Translations under genes and position numbers: made by a program
Part shown: piece after piece, positions 8,957 to 18,931 of the stretch
How the letters are laid out: every line of letters begins with the position of its first letter
How positions within the stretch are numbered: the stretch's first letter is position 1
Origin: Pseudomonas aeruginosa
GTDB taxonomy: Bacteria > Pseudomonadota > Gammaproteobacteria > Pseudomonadales > Pseudomonadaceae
DNA length: 32,000 nucleotides
Direction of reading: 5' to 3'
NCBI RefSeq assembly: GCF_001457615.1
Contig: NZ_LN831024.1
Span: 1,950,001-1,982,000 of the forward strand
Notes under the pieces: model-generated
The model's input: the letters and a program-made list of their open reading frames with translations, nothing else
Database searches by the model: none
Told to the model about the DNA's origin: nothing

Positions 8957-9153
8957 ATGTCCCGGTTGGCTGGAGGCGCGGGACGATTTTCCGGGAACGT
9001 ATAATATGAAAGGAATGTGCAAGCGATGATCAGTAGTGACTACTGCCGATAGCGTGATTTGGGTTCCGGAATGGTATTTGCCAGACCAAGGAAATGGACT
9101 GCCCGGACTTGTTCGGGTGGATGCGGGTGCAGTGAAGGGGGCTGATTAATAGG

Positions 9154-11151
9154 ATGTTGGATAACTTGCGTGGACGCCTCCTGGGATTGCCGCGCCGCCA
9201 GAAGCGCATTCTCCAGGTTGCGACGGACATCGGCCTGGTGTGGCTTTCATTGTGGCTGGCTTTCCTGGTGCGTCTCGGCACCGAAGACATGATCGATCCG
9301 TTCGGGGATCACGCCTGGCTGTTCATAGCGGCGCCTCTAACCGCCATCCCGCTCTTCATCCGCTTCGGCATGTACCGGGCGGTGATGCGCTACCTGGGCA
9401 ACGACGCCCTTATCGCGATCGCCAAGGCCGTCACCATTTCCGCGCTGGTCCTGTCGTTGCTGGTCTACTGGTACCGCTCCCCGCCGGCGGTGGTGCCGCG
9501 TTCCCTGGTGTTCAACTACTGGTGGTTGAGCATGCTGCTGATCGGCGGCTTGCGTCTGGCCATGCGCCAGTATTTCATGGGCGACTGGTACTCTGCTGTG
9601 CAGTCGGTACCATTTCTCAATCGCCAGGATGGCCTGCCCAGGGTGGCTATCTATGGCGCGGGGGCGGCCGGCAACCAGTTGGTTGCGGCGTTGCGTCTCG
9701 GTCGGGCGATGCGTCCGGTGGCGTTCATCGATGACGACAAGCAGATCGCCAACCGGGTCATCGCCGGTCTGCGGGTCTATACCGCCAAGCATATCCGCCA
9801 GATGATCGACGAGACGGGCGCGCAGGAGGTTCTCCTGGCGATTCCTTCCGCCACTCGGGCCCGGCGCCGAGAGATTCTCGAGTCCCTGGAGCCGTTCCCG
9901 CTGCACGTGCGCAGCATGCCCGGCTTCATGGACCTGGCCAGCGGCCGGGTCAAGGTGGACGACCTGCAGGAGGTGGACATCGCTGACCTGCTGGGACGCG
10001 ACAGCGTCGCACCGCGCAAGGAGCTGCTGGAACGGTGCATCCGCGGTCAGGTGGTGATGGTGACCGGGGCGGGTGGCTCTATCGGTTCGGAACTCTGTCG
10101 GCAGATCATGAGTTGTTCGCCTAGCGTGCTGATCCTGTTCGAGCACAGCGAATACAACCTCTATAGCATCCATCAGGAACTGGAGCGTCGGATCAAGCGC
10201 GAGTCGCTTTCGGTGAACCTGTTGCCGATCCTCGGTTCGGTGCGCAATCCCGAGCGCCTGGTGGACGTGATGCGTACCTGGAAGGTCAATACCGTCTACC
10301 ATGCGGCGGCCTACAAGCATGTGCCGATCGTCGAGCACAACATCGCCGAAGGCGTTCTCAACAACGTGATAGGCACCTTGCATGCGGTGCAGGCCGCGGT
10401 GCAGGTCGGCGTGCAGAACTTCGTGCTGATTTCCACCGACAAGGCGGTGCGGCCGACCAATGTGATGGGCAGCACCAAGCGCCTGGCGGAAATGGTCCTT
10501 CAGGCGCTCAGCAACGAATCGGCGCCGGTGCTGTTCGGCGACCGGAAGGACGTGCATCACGTCAACAAGACCCGTTTCACCATGGTCCGCTTCGGCAACG
10601 TCCTCGGTTCGTCCGGTTCGGTCATTCCGCTGTTCCGCGAGCAGATCAAGCGCGGCGGCCCGGTGACGGTCACCCACCCGAGCATCACCCGTTACTTCAT
10701 GACCATTCCCGAGGCAGCGCAGTTGGTCATCCAGGCCGGTTCGATGGGGCAGGGCGGAGATGTATTCGTGCTGGACATGGGGCCGCCGGTGAAGATCCTG
10801 GAGCTCGCCGAGAAGATGATCCACCTGTCCGGCCTGAGCGTGCGTTCCGAGCGTTCGCCCCATGGTGACATCGCCATCGAGTTCAGTGGCCTGCGTCCTG
10901 GCGAGAAGCTCTACGAAGAGCTGCTGATCGGTGACAACGTGAATCCCACCGACCATCCGATGATCATGCGGGCCAACGAGGAACACCTGAGCTGGGAGGC
11001 CTTCAAGGTCGTGCTGGAGCAGTTGCTGGCCGCCGTGGAGAAGGACGACTACTCACGGGTTCGCCAGTTGCTGCGGGAAACCGTCAGCGGTTATGCGCCT
11101 GACGGTGAAATCGTCGACTGGATCTATCGCCAGAGGCGGCGAGAACCCTGA
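9154..11151 (+). CDS. wbpM: UDP-GlcNAc 4,6-dehydratase, membrane-anchored extended SDR
   Basis: 665 aa. N-terminal TM segments are followed by two Rossmann-like regions (IYGAGAAGNQL; VTGAGGSIGSEL) and a YKHV active-site region. This length and architecture match WbpM/PglF/CapD proteins. GC content rises sharply here. Confidence 0.92.
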   Translation: MLDNLRGRLLGLPRRQKRILQVATDIGLVWLSLWLAFLVRLGTEDMIDPFGDHAWLFIAAPLTAIPLFIRFGMYRAVMRYLGNDALIAIAKAVTISALVLSLLVYWYRSPPAVVPRSLVFNYWWLSMLLIGGLRLAMRQYFMGDWYSAVQSVPFLNRQDGLPRVAIYGAGAAGNQLVAALRLGRAMRPVAFIDDDKQIANRVIAGLRVYTAKHIRQMIDETGAQEVLLAIPSATRARRREILESLEPFPLHVRSMPGFMDLASGRVKVDDLQEVDIADLLGRDSVAPRKELLERCIRGQVVMVTGAGGSIGSELCRQIMSCSPSVLILFEHSEYNLYSIHQELERRIKRESLSVNLLPILGSVRNPERLVDVMRTWKVNTVYHAAAYKHVPIVEHNIAEGVLNNVIGTLHAVQAAVQVGVQNFVLISTDKAVRPTNVMGSTKRLAEMVLQALSNESAPVLFGDRKDVHHVNKTRFTMVRFGNVLGSSGSVIPLFREQIKRGGPVTVTHPSITRYFMTIPEAAQLVIQAGSMGQGGDVFVLDMGPPVKILELAEKMIHLSGLSVRSERSPHGDIAIEFSGLRPGEKLYEELLIGDNVNPTDHPMIMRANEEHLSWEAFKVVLEQLLAAVEKDDYSRVRQLLRETVSGYAPDGEIVDWIYRQRRREP

Positions 11152-11166
11152 GTCATCGTTCTCCGG

Positions 11167-11196
11167 AAAAGGCCGCCTAGCGGCCTTTTTTGTTTT
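11167..11196 (+). terminator. Rho-independent terminator after wbpM
   Basis: Stem GGCCGC (11171-11176), loop CTA, stem GCGGCC (11180-11185), then TTTTTTGTTTT. Begins 16 nt after the wbpM stop. Confidence 0.75.
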
Positions 11197-11342
11197 CTCC
11201 GTACGATGTTTCCGGTGCCGGACCAGGAAGCGACTGCTTTGCTGGGGCTGTCGATCCAGGTGCGTTCCACGGCGATAAGGTGGTTTCGTGGATGGGCATG
11301 AAGCCCTCTACGTGGTCATTCATCTCTGAAGGAGTGCACCCC

Positions 11343-11672
11343 ATGCACCTAATCAAATCCGCTCTGCTTCTCATCCTGTTCGCCTGTCTTCCGTTTTCGG
11401 CTTCCGCCGCACCGGTCGCCGTCGCCAAGAATCCGCTGGCCGCAACGACACCTGCGACGACCGTGTCGCCGGGGGAGCAGGTCAATATCAATACGGTCGA
11501 TGAGGCCGCCCTGATACGGGGGCTCAACGGTGTCGGCGAGGCCAAGGCCAGGGCGATCCTCGAGTATCGTGCGGCCCATGGTCCGTTCGTCTCGGTGGAT
11601 CAACTGCTGGAAGTGAAAGGGGTAGGCCCGGCGTTGCTGGAGAAGAACCGGGCGCGGATCGTCATCGAGTGA
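11343..11672 (+). CDS. ComEA-like secreted helix-hairpin-helix DNA-binding protein
   Basis: ATG at 11343 is preceded by AAGGAG. Signal peptide MHLIKSALLLILFACLPFSASA. C-terminal tandem HhH region (INTVDEAALIRGLNGVGEAKARAILEYRAAHGPFVSVDQLLEVKGVGPALLEKN). The upstream part of ORF 11190 has no protein-like character. Confidence 0.8.
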   Translation: MHLIKSALLLILFACLPFSASAAPVAVAKNPLAATTPATTVSPGEQVNINTVDEAALIRGLNGVGEAKARAILEYRAAHGPFVSVDQLLEVKGVGPALLEKNRARIVIE

Positions 11673-11710
11673 GGTGCGACTGAAGGGGCGAACTTTCGTC
11701 CCGATAACGA

Positions 11711-11744
11711 AAAAGCCCCCGGCATGTGCCGAGGGCTTTGAATT
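11711..11744. terminator. Bidirectional hairpin terminator between the ComEA-like gene and tRNA-Asn
   Basis: AAAAGCCCCCGGC-ATGT-GCCGAGGGCTTTGAATTT. An imperfect GC-rich stem with an A-run on one side and a T-run on the other. Sits between two convergent transcripts. Confidence 0.55.
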
Positions 11745-11820
11745 TGGCTCCGCGACCTGGACTCGAACCAGGGACCCAATGATTAACAGTCATTTGCTCT
11801 ACCGACTGAGCTATCGCGGA
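11745..11820 (-). tRNA. tRNA-Asn (anticodon GTT)
   Basis: The reverse complement reads TCCGCGATAGCTCAGTCGGTAGAGCAAATGACTGTTAATCATTGGGTCCCTGGTTCGAGTCCAGGTCGCGGAGCCA. 76 nt with a 7-bp acceptor stem, GTTCGAGTC T-loop, anticodon loop CTGTTAA and encoded CCA. Confidence 0.93.
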
Positions 11821-11888
11821 ACAGCGAGGCGTATGTTACTGATTAAAAAGGGGAAGTCAAGCCTCTCCCGATGACTTCCCCATTTTCC

Positions 11889-13085
11889 CTACAGGACCTG
11901 GACGATGGCCTTGGTGATGGTCTCCAGGTTCGATTTGTTCAGCGCGGCGACGCAGATACGGCCGGTGCTGACGGCATAGATACCGAACTCGGTCTTCAGG
12001 CGCTCGACCTGGTCGGCGGTCAGGCCGGAATAGGAGAACATGCCACGCTGGCGACCGACGAAGCTGAAGTCGCGCTTGGCGCCGTGGGCTGCCAGTTGCT
12101 CGACCATCGCCAGGCGCATGTCGCGGATGCGGTCGCGCATCTCGCCCAGTTCCTGCTCCCAGAGGGCCCGCAGTTCCGAGCTGTTGAGCACGGAGGAGAC
12201 GACGCTGGCGCCGTGGGTCGGTGGGTTCGAATAGTTGGTGCGGATCACCCGCTTCACCTGGGACAGCACGCGGGCCGATTCATCGCGGCTTTCGGTCACG
12301 ATCGAGAGGGCGCCGACGCGTTCGCCATAGAGCGAGAAGGATTTGGAGAACGAGCTGGAAACGAAGAAGCTCAGGCCCGACTGGGCGAACAGGCGCACCG
12401 CGGCGGCGTCTTCCTCGATGCCGTTGCCGAAGCCCTGGTAGGCGATGTCGAGGAACGGCACGTGGCCCTTGGCCTTGAGCACGTCCAGCACCTGTTTCCA
12501 GTCGTCCAGCTCGAGATCGACGCCGGTCGGATTATGGCAGCAGGCGTGCAGGACCACGATCGAGCGGGCCGGCAGGGCATTCAGGTCTTCCAGCAGGCCG
12601 GCGCGGTTCACGCCATTGCTGGCGGCGTCGTAATAGCGGTAGTTCTGCACCGGGAAGCCGGCGGCTTCGAACAGTGCGCGGTGGTTTTCCCAGCTCGGGT
12701 CGCTGATGGCCACCGTGGCGTCGGGCAGCAGGCGCTTGAGGAAGTCGGCGCCGAGCTTGAGCGCGCCGGTGCCGCCGACGGCCTGGGTCGTGACCACACG
12801 GCCGGCGGCCAGCAGCTCGGACTCGTTACCGAACAGCAGTTTCTGTACGCCCTGGTCGTAGGCGGCGATCCCTTCGATCGGCAGGTAGCCGCGCGGCGCG
12901 TGGGCCTCGATGCGGGCCTTCTCGGCAGCCTGCACGGCACGCAACAGCGGAATGCGCCCCTCCTCGTTGTAGTACACGCCCACGCCCAGGTTGATCTTGC
13001 CCGGACGGGTATCGGCGTTGAAGGCTTCGTTCAGGCCAAGGATGGGATCACGCGGTGCCATTTCGACGGCAGAAAACAGACTCAT
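11889..13085 (-). CDS. Aspartate/aromatic amino acid aminotransferase (AspC/TyrB class I, PLP-dependent)
   Basis: N-terminus MSLFSAVEMAPRDPILGLNEAFNADTRPGKINLGVGVYYNEEG is collinear with AspC/TyrB. Contains the SSFSKSFSLYGERVG PLP-lysine motif and CCHNPTG. I start at ATG 13085 (398 aa) rather than the track start at 13121. Confidence 0.9.
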   Translation of the reverse strand: MSLFSAVEMAPRDPILGLNEAFNADTRPGKINLGVGVYYNEEGRIPLLRAVQAAEKARIEAHAPRGYLPIEGIAAYDQGVQKLLFGNESELLAAGRVVTTQAVGGTGALKLGADFLKRLLPDATVAISDPSWENHRALFEAAGFPVQNYRYYDAASNGVNRAGLLEDLNALPARSIVVLHACCHNPTGVDLELDDWKQVLDVLKAKGHVPFLDIAYQGFGNGIEEDAAAVRLFAQSGLSFFVSSSFSKSFSLYGERVGALSIVTESRDESARVLSQVKRVIRTNYSNPPTHGASVVSSVLNSSELRALWEQELGEMRDRIRDMRLAMVEQLAAHGAKRDFSFVGRQRGMFSYSGLTADQVERLKTEFGIYAVSTGRICVAALNKSNLETITKAIVQVL

Positions 13086-13272
13086 TTTGCGGCTGCTCGG
13101 AGTGTGAAGAGAGGAGGGCAACGCAACCCGTTATGCGGGGGCGCAAAGGGTTGCGCAAACGGGGGGTTATTATAGACACCCCTTGATGCATGCGGCGACA
13201 TTTAGGTGCATGCTTTCAGCTATTTCTGACGCCGGATTTTCCTTGGCGTCACAGCTCCCTGCGAGGTTTTTC

Positions 13273-15284
<2,012 letters not shown>

Positions 15285-15287
15285 ACC

Positions 15288-16895
15288 TCAGTGAGCCCCG
15301 GCGTCGGCGCGGGTGCCGATGCCGGCCGGCAGCGAGCGGGTCAGCAGCACCGCGAGCATGCTCACTGCGAGCACCATGCCGATGACATGGAAAGCATCGT
15401 TGTAGGCCATGATCATCGCCTGCTGGTGGGTGATCTCGCTGAGTTTGCCCAGCGCCGCCTGCTGGCTGCCCAGTTGCGCGGCGAGTTGCGCGAGGCGTTC
15501 GTCGACCTGCGGGTTGGTCGGCACCAGGGCTTCGCGCAGATAGTCGAAGTACACCTTGGCGCGACTGTCGAGCAGGGTCGCGAGCAGGGCGATGCCGATG
15601 GCGCCGCCGAGGTTGCGCAGGATGTTGAACAGGCTCGAGGCCGAGCCGGCATCCTGTGGCTGCAGGTAGGCGGTGGCGATCAGCGAAATGGTCACCATGA
15701 TCATCGGCTGGCCGAGGGCGCGCAGTAGCTGGATCTGGTTGAACTGCGGTCCGGCGAAGTCCGGGTTGAGCACCCCGGAGAAGAAGCTGGCAAGGCCGAA
15801 CAGGCCGAAGCCGGCGGCGCAGAGCAGGCGCGGCGAGACCAGCTTCATCAACTTCGGGACCAGCGGGATCAGGAACAGCTGGGGAATGCCCATCCACATG
15901 ATCACCTCGCCGATCTGCATGGCGTTGTAGCCCTGGATTTGTGCCAGGTACAGCGGCAGTACGTAGATCGAGCCGTACAGACCCATGCCCAGACCGATGC
16001 TGGAAATGCTCGCGAGGCCGAAGTTGCGGTTGCGCAGGATGCCCAGGTCGATCAGCGGGTTCGGCCGCGACAGTTGCAGGATGACGAACAGGACCAGGCT
16101 GAACAGGGCGACGCTGCCGAGGCTGACGATCAGTTGCGACTCCAGCCAGTCCTTGCGGTGACCTTCCTCGAGGAAGACCTGCAGGCAGCCCAGGCCGATG
16201 CCGAGGGTGACGATGCCGGCGTAGTCGGTACTCTTCAGCAGTTCCCAGTGCGGCGCCTTTTTCTCCAGGCCGTAGAGCAGCCCGGCGATCATCAACAGGC
16301 CCGGCGGCACGTTGATATAGAAGATGTATTCCCAGCCGAAGTTTTCCGTCAGCCAGCCTCCCAGGGTCGGTCCGATGGAGGGCGCGAAGGTGGCGGTGAT
16401 GGCGAACAGCGCCATGCCCTTCGGACGGTGGTGTTCCGGCAACTTGACCAGGGCCAGGGTGAACGCCAGCGGAATCAGCGCGCCGCCGGTGAAACCCTGC
16501 ATGGCGCGGAACACGATCATGCTTTCCAGGTTCCAGGCGAACGAGCAGAGCAGCGAAGACACCAGGAAGCCCACCGAGATCATCACCGCCAGGCGGCGTG
16601 CCGAGAGCAGCTGCACCAGCCAGGCGGTCATCGGGATCATGATGATCTCCGCCACCAGGTAGGAGGTGGAGATCCACGAGCCTTCCTCGAGGGTCGCCGC
16701 CAGCGCGCCCTGGATGTCCTTCAGCGAGGAGTTGGTGATCTGGATGTCGAGCACCGCCATGAATGCGCCGAGCATGGCGCTGAGCACCGCGATCCAGTCG
16801 CGCCGGGTCGGTTCGCCAAGCGGCCGGGCCAGCGCCTCAGCGGTCACGGAGCTCGACCTCGGCTTCGACGGACATGCCGGGGCGGATGCGGCCAT
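15288..16895 (-). CDS. MFS drug:H+ antiporter, 14-TMS DHA2 (EmrB/QacA) family
   Basis: 535-aa ORF with many TM segments. EmrB-like N-terminus (FMAVLDIQITNSSLKDIQGALAATLEEGSWISTSY). Immediately downstream of, and overlapping, the membrane-fusion gene. Start is uncertain: ATG 16895, or GTG 16847 which overlaps the upstream stop by 11 nt. Confidence 0.85.
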   Translation of the reverse strand: MAASAPACPSKPRSSSVTAEALARPLGEPTRRDWIAVLSAMLGAFMAVLDIQITNSSLKDIQGALAATLEEGSWISTSYLVAEIIMIPMTAWLVQLLSARRLAVMISVGFLVSSLLCSFAWNLESMIVFRAMQGFTGGALIPLAFTLALVKLPEHHRPKGMALFAITATFAPSIGPTLGGWLTENFGWEYIFYINVPPGLLMIAGLLYGLEKKAPHWELLKSTDYAGIVTLGIGLGCLQVFLEEGHRKDWLESQLIVSLGSVALFSLVLFVILQLSRPNPLIDLGILRNRNFGLASISSIGLGMGLYGSIYVLPLYLAQIQGYNAMQIGEVIMWMGIPQLFLIPLVPKLMKLVSPRLLCAAGFGLFGLASFFSGVLNPDFAGPQFNQIQLLRALGQPMIMVTISLIATAYLQPQDAGSASSLFNILRNLGGAIGIALLATLLDSRAKVYFDYLREALVPTNPQVDERLAQLAAQLGSQQAALGKLSEITHQQAMIMAYNDAFHVIGMVLAVSMLAVLLTRSLPAGIGTRADAGAH

Positions 16896-17871
16896 GCAGC
16901 GGGTTGTCGGCCTCGAACACGATCTTCACCGGGATGCGTTGCACCACCTTGGTGAAGTTTCCGGTGGCGTTGTCCGGTGGCAGCAGGCTGAACTGCGCGC
17001 CGGAAGCGGCGAACAGGCTATCGATGCGGCCGTCGATGGGCGTGTCGGGGAAGGCGTCGAAGGTCAGGCGCGCCTTCTGCCCGTCGCGCATGCGGCCTAC
17101 CTGGGTCTCCTTGAAGTTGGCCTGGACCCAGATGTCTTCGTCCGGCACCAGCGACAGCAAATGGGTGCCGACCTGCACGTACTGGCCGTTGCGTGCGCTG
17201 CGCTGGCCGACCAGGCCGCTGATCGGCGAATGGATCAGGGTGCGTGACAGGTTGATTTCGGCTTGCGCCAGTTCGGTGCGGGCGCTGGCGATCTGCGCTT
17301 CCAGGCGCTTGATCTCGGCGCCCAGGGTGTCGCGCTGGACGCGTTGTGCCTCGAGGTCGGCGCGGGCCTTGGCCAGTTGCGAGCGAGCCACATGGTTGTC
17401 GGCGGTGAGGGTGGTGACCCGTTCCTCGGAAACGTAGCCGGGCTTGCGCAGGGCTTCGGCGCGGTTCAGGTCGATCTGTGCGCGACCGAGGGTTGCCTGG
17501 CTGGCGTTGACGTCGGCGGCGCTGGCGGCGATCAGGCTGCCCTGCTGCACCAGCTTGCTGCGCGCCTGGGCCAGTTCCGCCTCGCGGGTGGCCAGCGCGG
17601 CCTGGGCGCGCTCGACGGCGAGCTTGAAGTCGGCGTCTTCCAGGCGTACCAGTAGCTGCCCCTTGTCCACGTGCTGGTTGTCGCGCACCAGGACTTCCTC
17701 GACCCGCGCGCCCAACTGGCTGGCCACCCGCGTGATCTCGCCCTGGACGTAGGCGTTGTCGGTGCTTTCCACGTGGCGGCCGATGAACCACCAGTGCAGG
17801 AAGAAGGCCAGGGCGATCAGGCCGACGGCCACCAGGAAGACGGTCAGGCGACGTTTGAGTTGGGCGGGCAT
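16837..17871 (-). CDS. HlyD/EmrA-family membrane fusion (periplasmic adaptor) protein
   Basis: N-terminal TM anchor (RRLTVFLVAVGLIALAFFLHWWF). EmrA-like ESTDNAYVQGEITRVASQLGARV lipoyl region. Long coiled-coil (AQARSKLVQQ...LEAQRVQRDTLGAEIKRLEAQIASARTELAQAE). ATG 17871 is preferred over the TTG at 17904 used by the track. Confidence 0.85.
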   Translation of the reverse strand: MPAQLKRRLTVFLVAVGLIALAFFLHWWFIGRHVESTDNAYVQGEITRVASQLGARVEEVLVRDNQHVDKGQLLVRLEDADFKLAVERAQAALATREAELAQARSKLVQQGSLIAASAADVNASQATLGRAQIDLNRAEALRKPGYVSEERVTTLTADNHVARSQLAKARADLEAQRVQRDTLGAEIKRLEAQIASARTELAQAEINLSRTLIHSPISGLVGQRSARNGQYVQVGTHLLSLVPDEDIWVQANFKETQVGRMRDGQKARLTFDAFPDTPIDGRIDSLFAASGAQFSLLPPDNATGNFTKVVQRIPVKIVFEADNPLHGRIRPGMSVEAEVELRDR

Positions 17872-17973
17872 GGGTGGAGTGTTCCGTCGGCAAAATTCGG
17901 CCAATCTAGCAGTGTTCCGCCGGACGTTATAGGCGCTACACTTCGGACTCTTTGTTGCTTATAGGGAACAATA

Positions 17974-18894
17974 ATGGGGCTTGATGATGCGCTGATCTTC
18001 ACCCGCGTGGTGGAGTACCACAGCTTCACCCAGGCCGCGCAGAGCCTGGGCATGCAGAAGTCCACGGTGAGCCGGCGCATCGCCCTGCTGGAGGAGCGCC
18101 TGGGCGTGCGCCTGCTCAATCGCACTACCCGCAAGTTGCGCCTGACCGAAGTAGGGCAGGCCTACTACGAGCGCTGCCGGCAGATCATGCACGATTTCGC
18201 CGAGGCCGAGCAGGCGGTCATGCAGTTGCAACAGGCGCCGTCGGGATTGCTGCGGATCACCTCGCCGATAGAGTTCGGCCAGATGTTCCTCGCCAGCCTG
18301 CTGGGCGACTTCATGCGCCAGTACCCGCAGATCACCGCCGAGGTCGAGCTGGCCTCGCGCAGCGTCGATCCGCTGCAGGAGGGCGTCGACATCGTGATCA
18401 TGGTCGGCCAGCCGGAGGATTCCACCCTGGTGGCCCGTCGCCTGCTCTCTACCAGCCGCTGGCTCTGCGCCAGCCCCGACTACCTGGCGGCGCACGGCAC
18501 GCCGACATCGGTGGCCGAGCTTGCCGGGCATCGCGCGGTCCTTCTGTCCACCGACTCCCAGCGCTACTGGCCGCTTTCCGGAGACAGCCTGCCCTGCCAG
18601 CGGGTGCTGTCCTGCAACAACATCACCTTCGCCCGCGAGGCGGTGGTCGCCGGTGCCGGCATTGCCGCGCTACCGGCGCTGATCTGTGCGGAGAGCGTGC
18701 ACAGCGGGCGTCTGGTGCGTTTGCTGGCGGACGTGCCGTTGCCGGTCGGCGAACTGTATGCGGTCTATCCTTCGCGGCGTTTCCAGGCGATGAAGGTCAA
18801 GGCCTTCCTCGATTTCCTGATCAGCCGCCTGCCGGCCGACACCGGTCGTTTACTGGAGCCGGAGGCGGCCCGCCTGATAACATCGCGCCCCTGA
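17974..18894 (+). CDS. LysR-family transcriptional regulator, divergent from the EmrAB-like operon
   Basis: 306 aa. N-terminal wHTH FTRVVEYHSFTQAAQSLGMQKSTVSRRIALLEERLGVRLLNRTTRKLRLTEVG. C-terminal LysR substrate-binding domain. Confidence 0.9.
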   Translation: MGLDDALIFTRVVEYHSFTQAAQSLGMQKSTVSRRIALLEERLGVRLLNRTTRKLRLTEVGQAYYERCRQIMHDFAEAEQAVMQLQQAPSGLLRITSPIEFGQMFLASLLGDFMRQYPQITAEVELASRSVDPLQEGVDIVIMVGQPEDSTLVARRLLSTSRWLCASPDYLAAHGTPTSVAELAGHRAVLLSTDSQRYWPLSGDSLPCQRVLSCNNITFAREAVVAGAGIAALPALICAESVHSGRLVRLLADVPLPVGELYAVYPSRRFQAMKVKAFLDFLISRLPADTGRLLEPEAARLITSRP

Positions 18895-18931
18895 ATTTCC
18901 GTTTTAACTTCCGCTTGGCAAGAGAGTCTCC

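Noticed and set aside
8977-9005. Possible sigma-70 promoter for wbpM based on TATAAT at 9000-9005
   Set aside because: The -35 position (8977-8982, CGCGGG) does not resemble TTGACA, and there is no extended -10. I kept it only as a remark in the junction finding.
9337-10986. 549-aa ORF on the minus strand, fully antisense to wbpM
   Set aside because: The composition is Arg/His/Gly/Asp/Ala-rich and low-complexity with no recognisable motifs. High-GC DNA routinely keeps the antisense frame of a real gene open. wbpM on the + strand has strong family motifs.
11674-11874. 66-aa ORF spanning tRNA-Asn. ORFs 20761..21003 (-) and 20845..21099 (+) span the tRNA-Ala/Glu genes.
   Set aside because: They are simply open frames through structured tRNA genes, not coding.
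11871-13175. 434-aa + strand ORF overlapping the aminotransferase gene
   Set aside because: It is the mirror frame of a clearly conserved AspC/TyrB gene. The translation is an Ala/Gly/Asp/Val-rich repeat-like string with no motifs. It also starts inside the tRNA-Asn flank.
13122-13272. Looked for a LexA (SOS) box CTGT-N8-ACAG upstream of uvrB. Noticed a 7-bp-stem hairpin TGACGCC-N11-GGCGTCA (13227-13251) and a repeated TGCATGC.
   Set aside because: No CTGT-N8-ACAG match is present. This is consistent with my recollection that P. aeruginosa uvrB is not damage-inducible. The hairpin is short, and I cannot attach a function to it from the sequence alone.
15939-17247. Plus-strand ORFs (15939..16955, 16666..17247 and others) opposite the MFS and adaptor genes. 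The alternative minus-frame ORFs 15274..16677 and 17018..17893 fall in the same group.
   Set aside because: The translations are Arg/Pro/Gly/Asp-rich with no TM or domain features. The in-frame EmrA/EmrB-like proteins explain the region.
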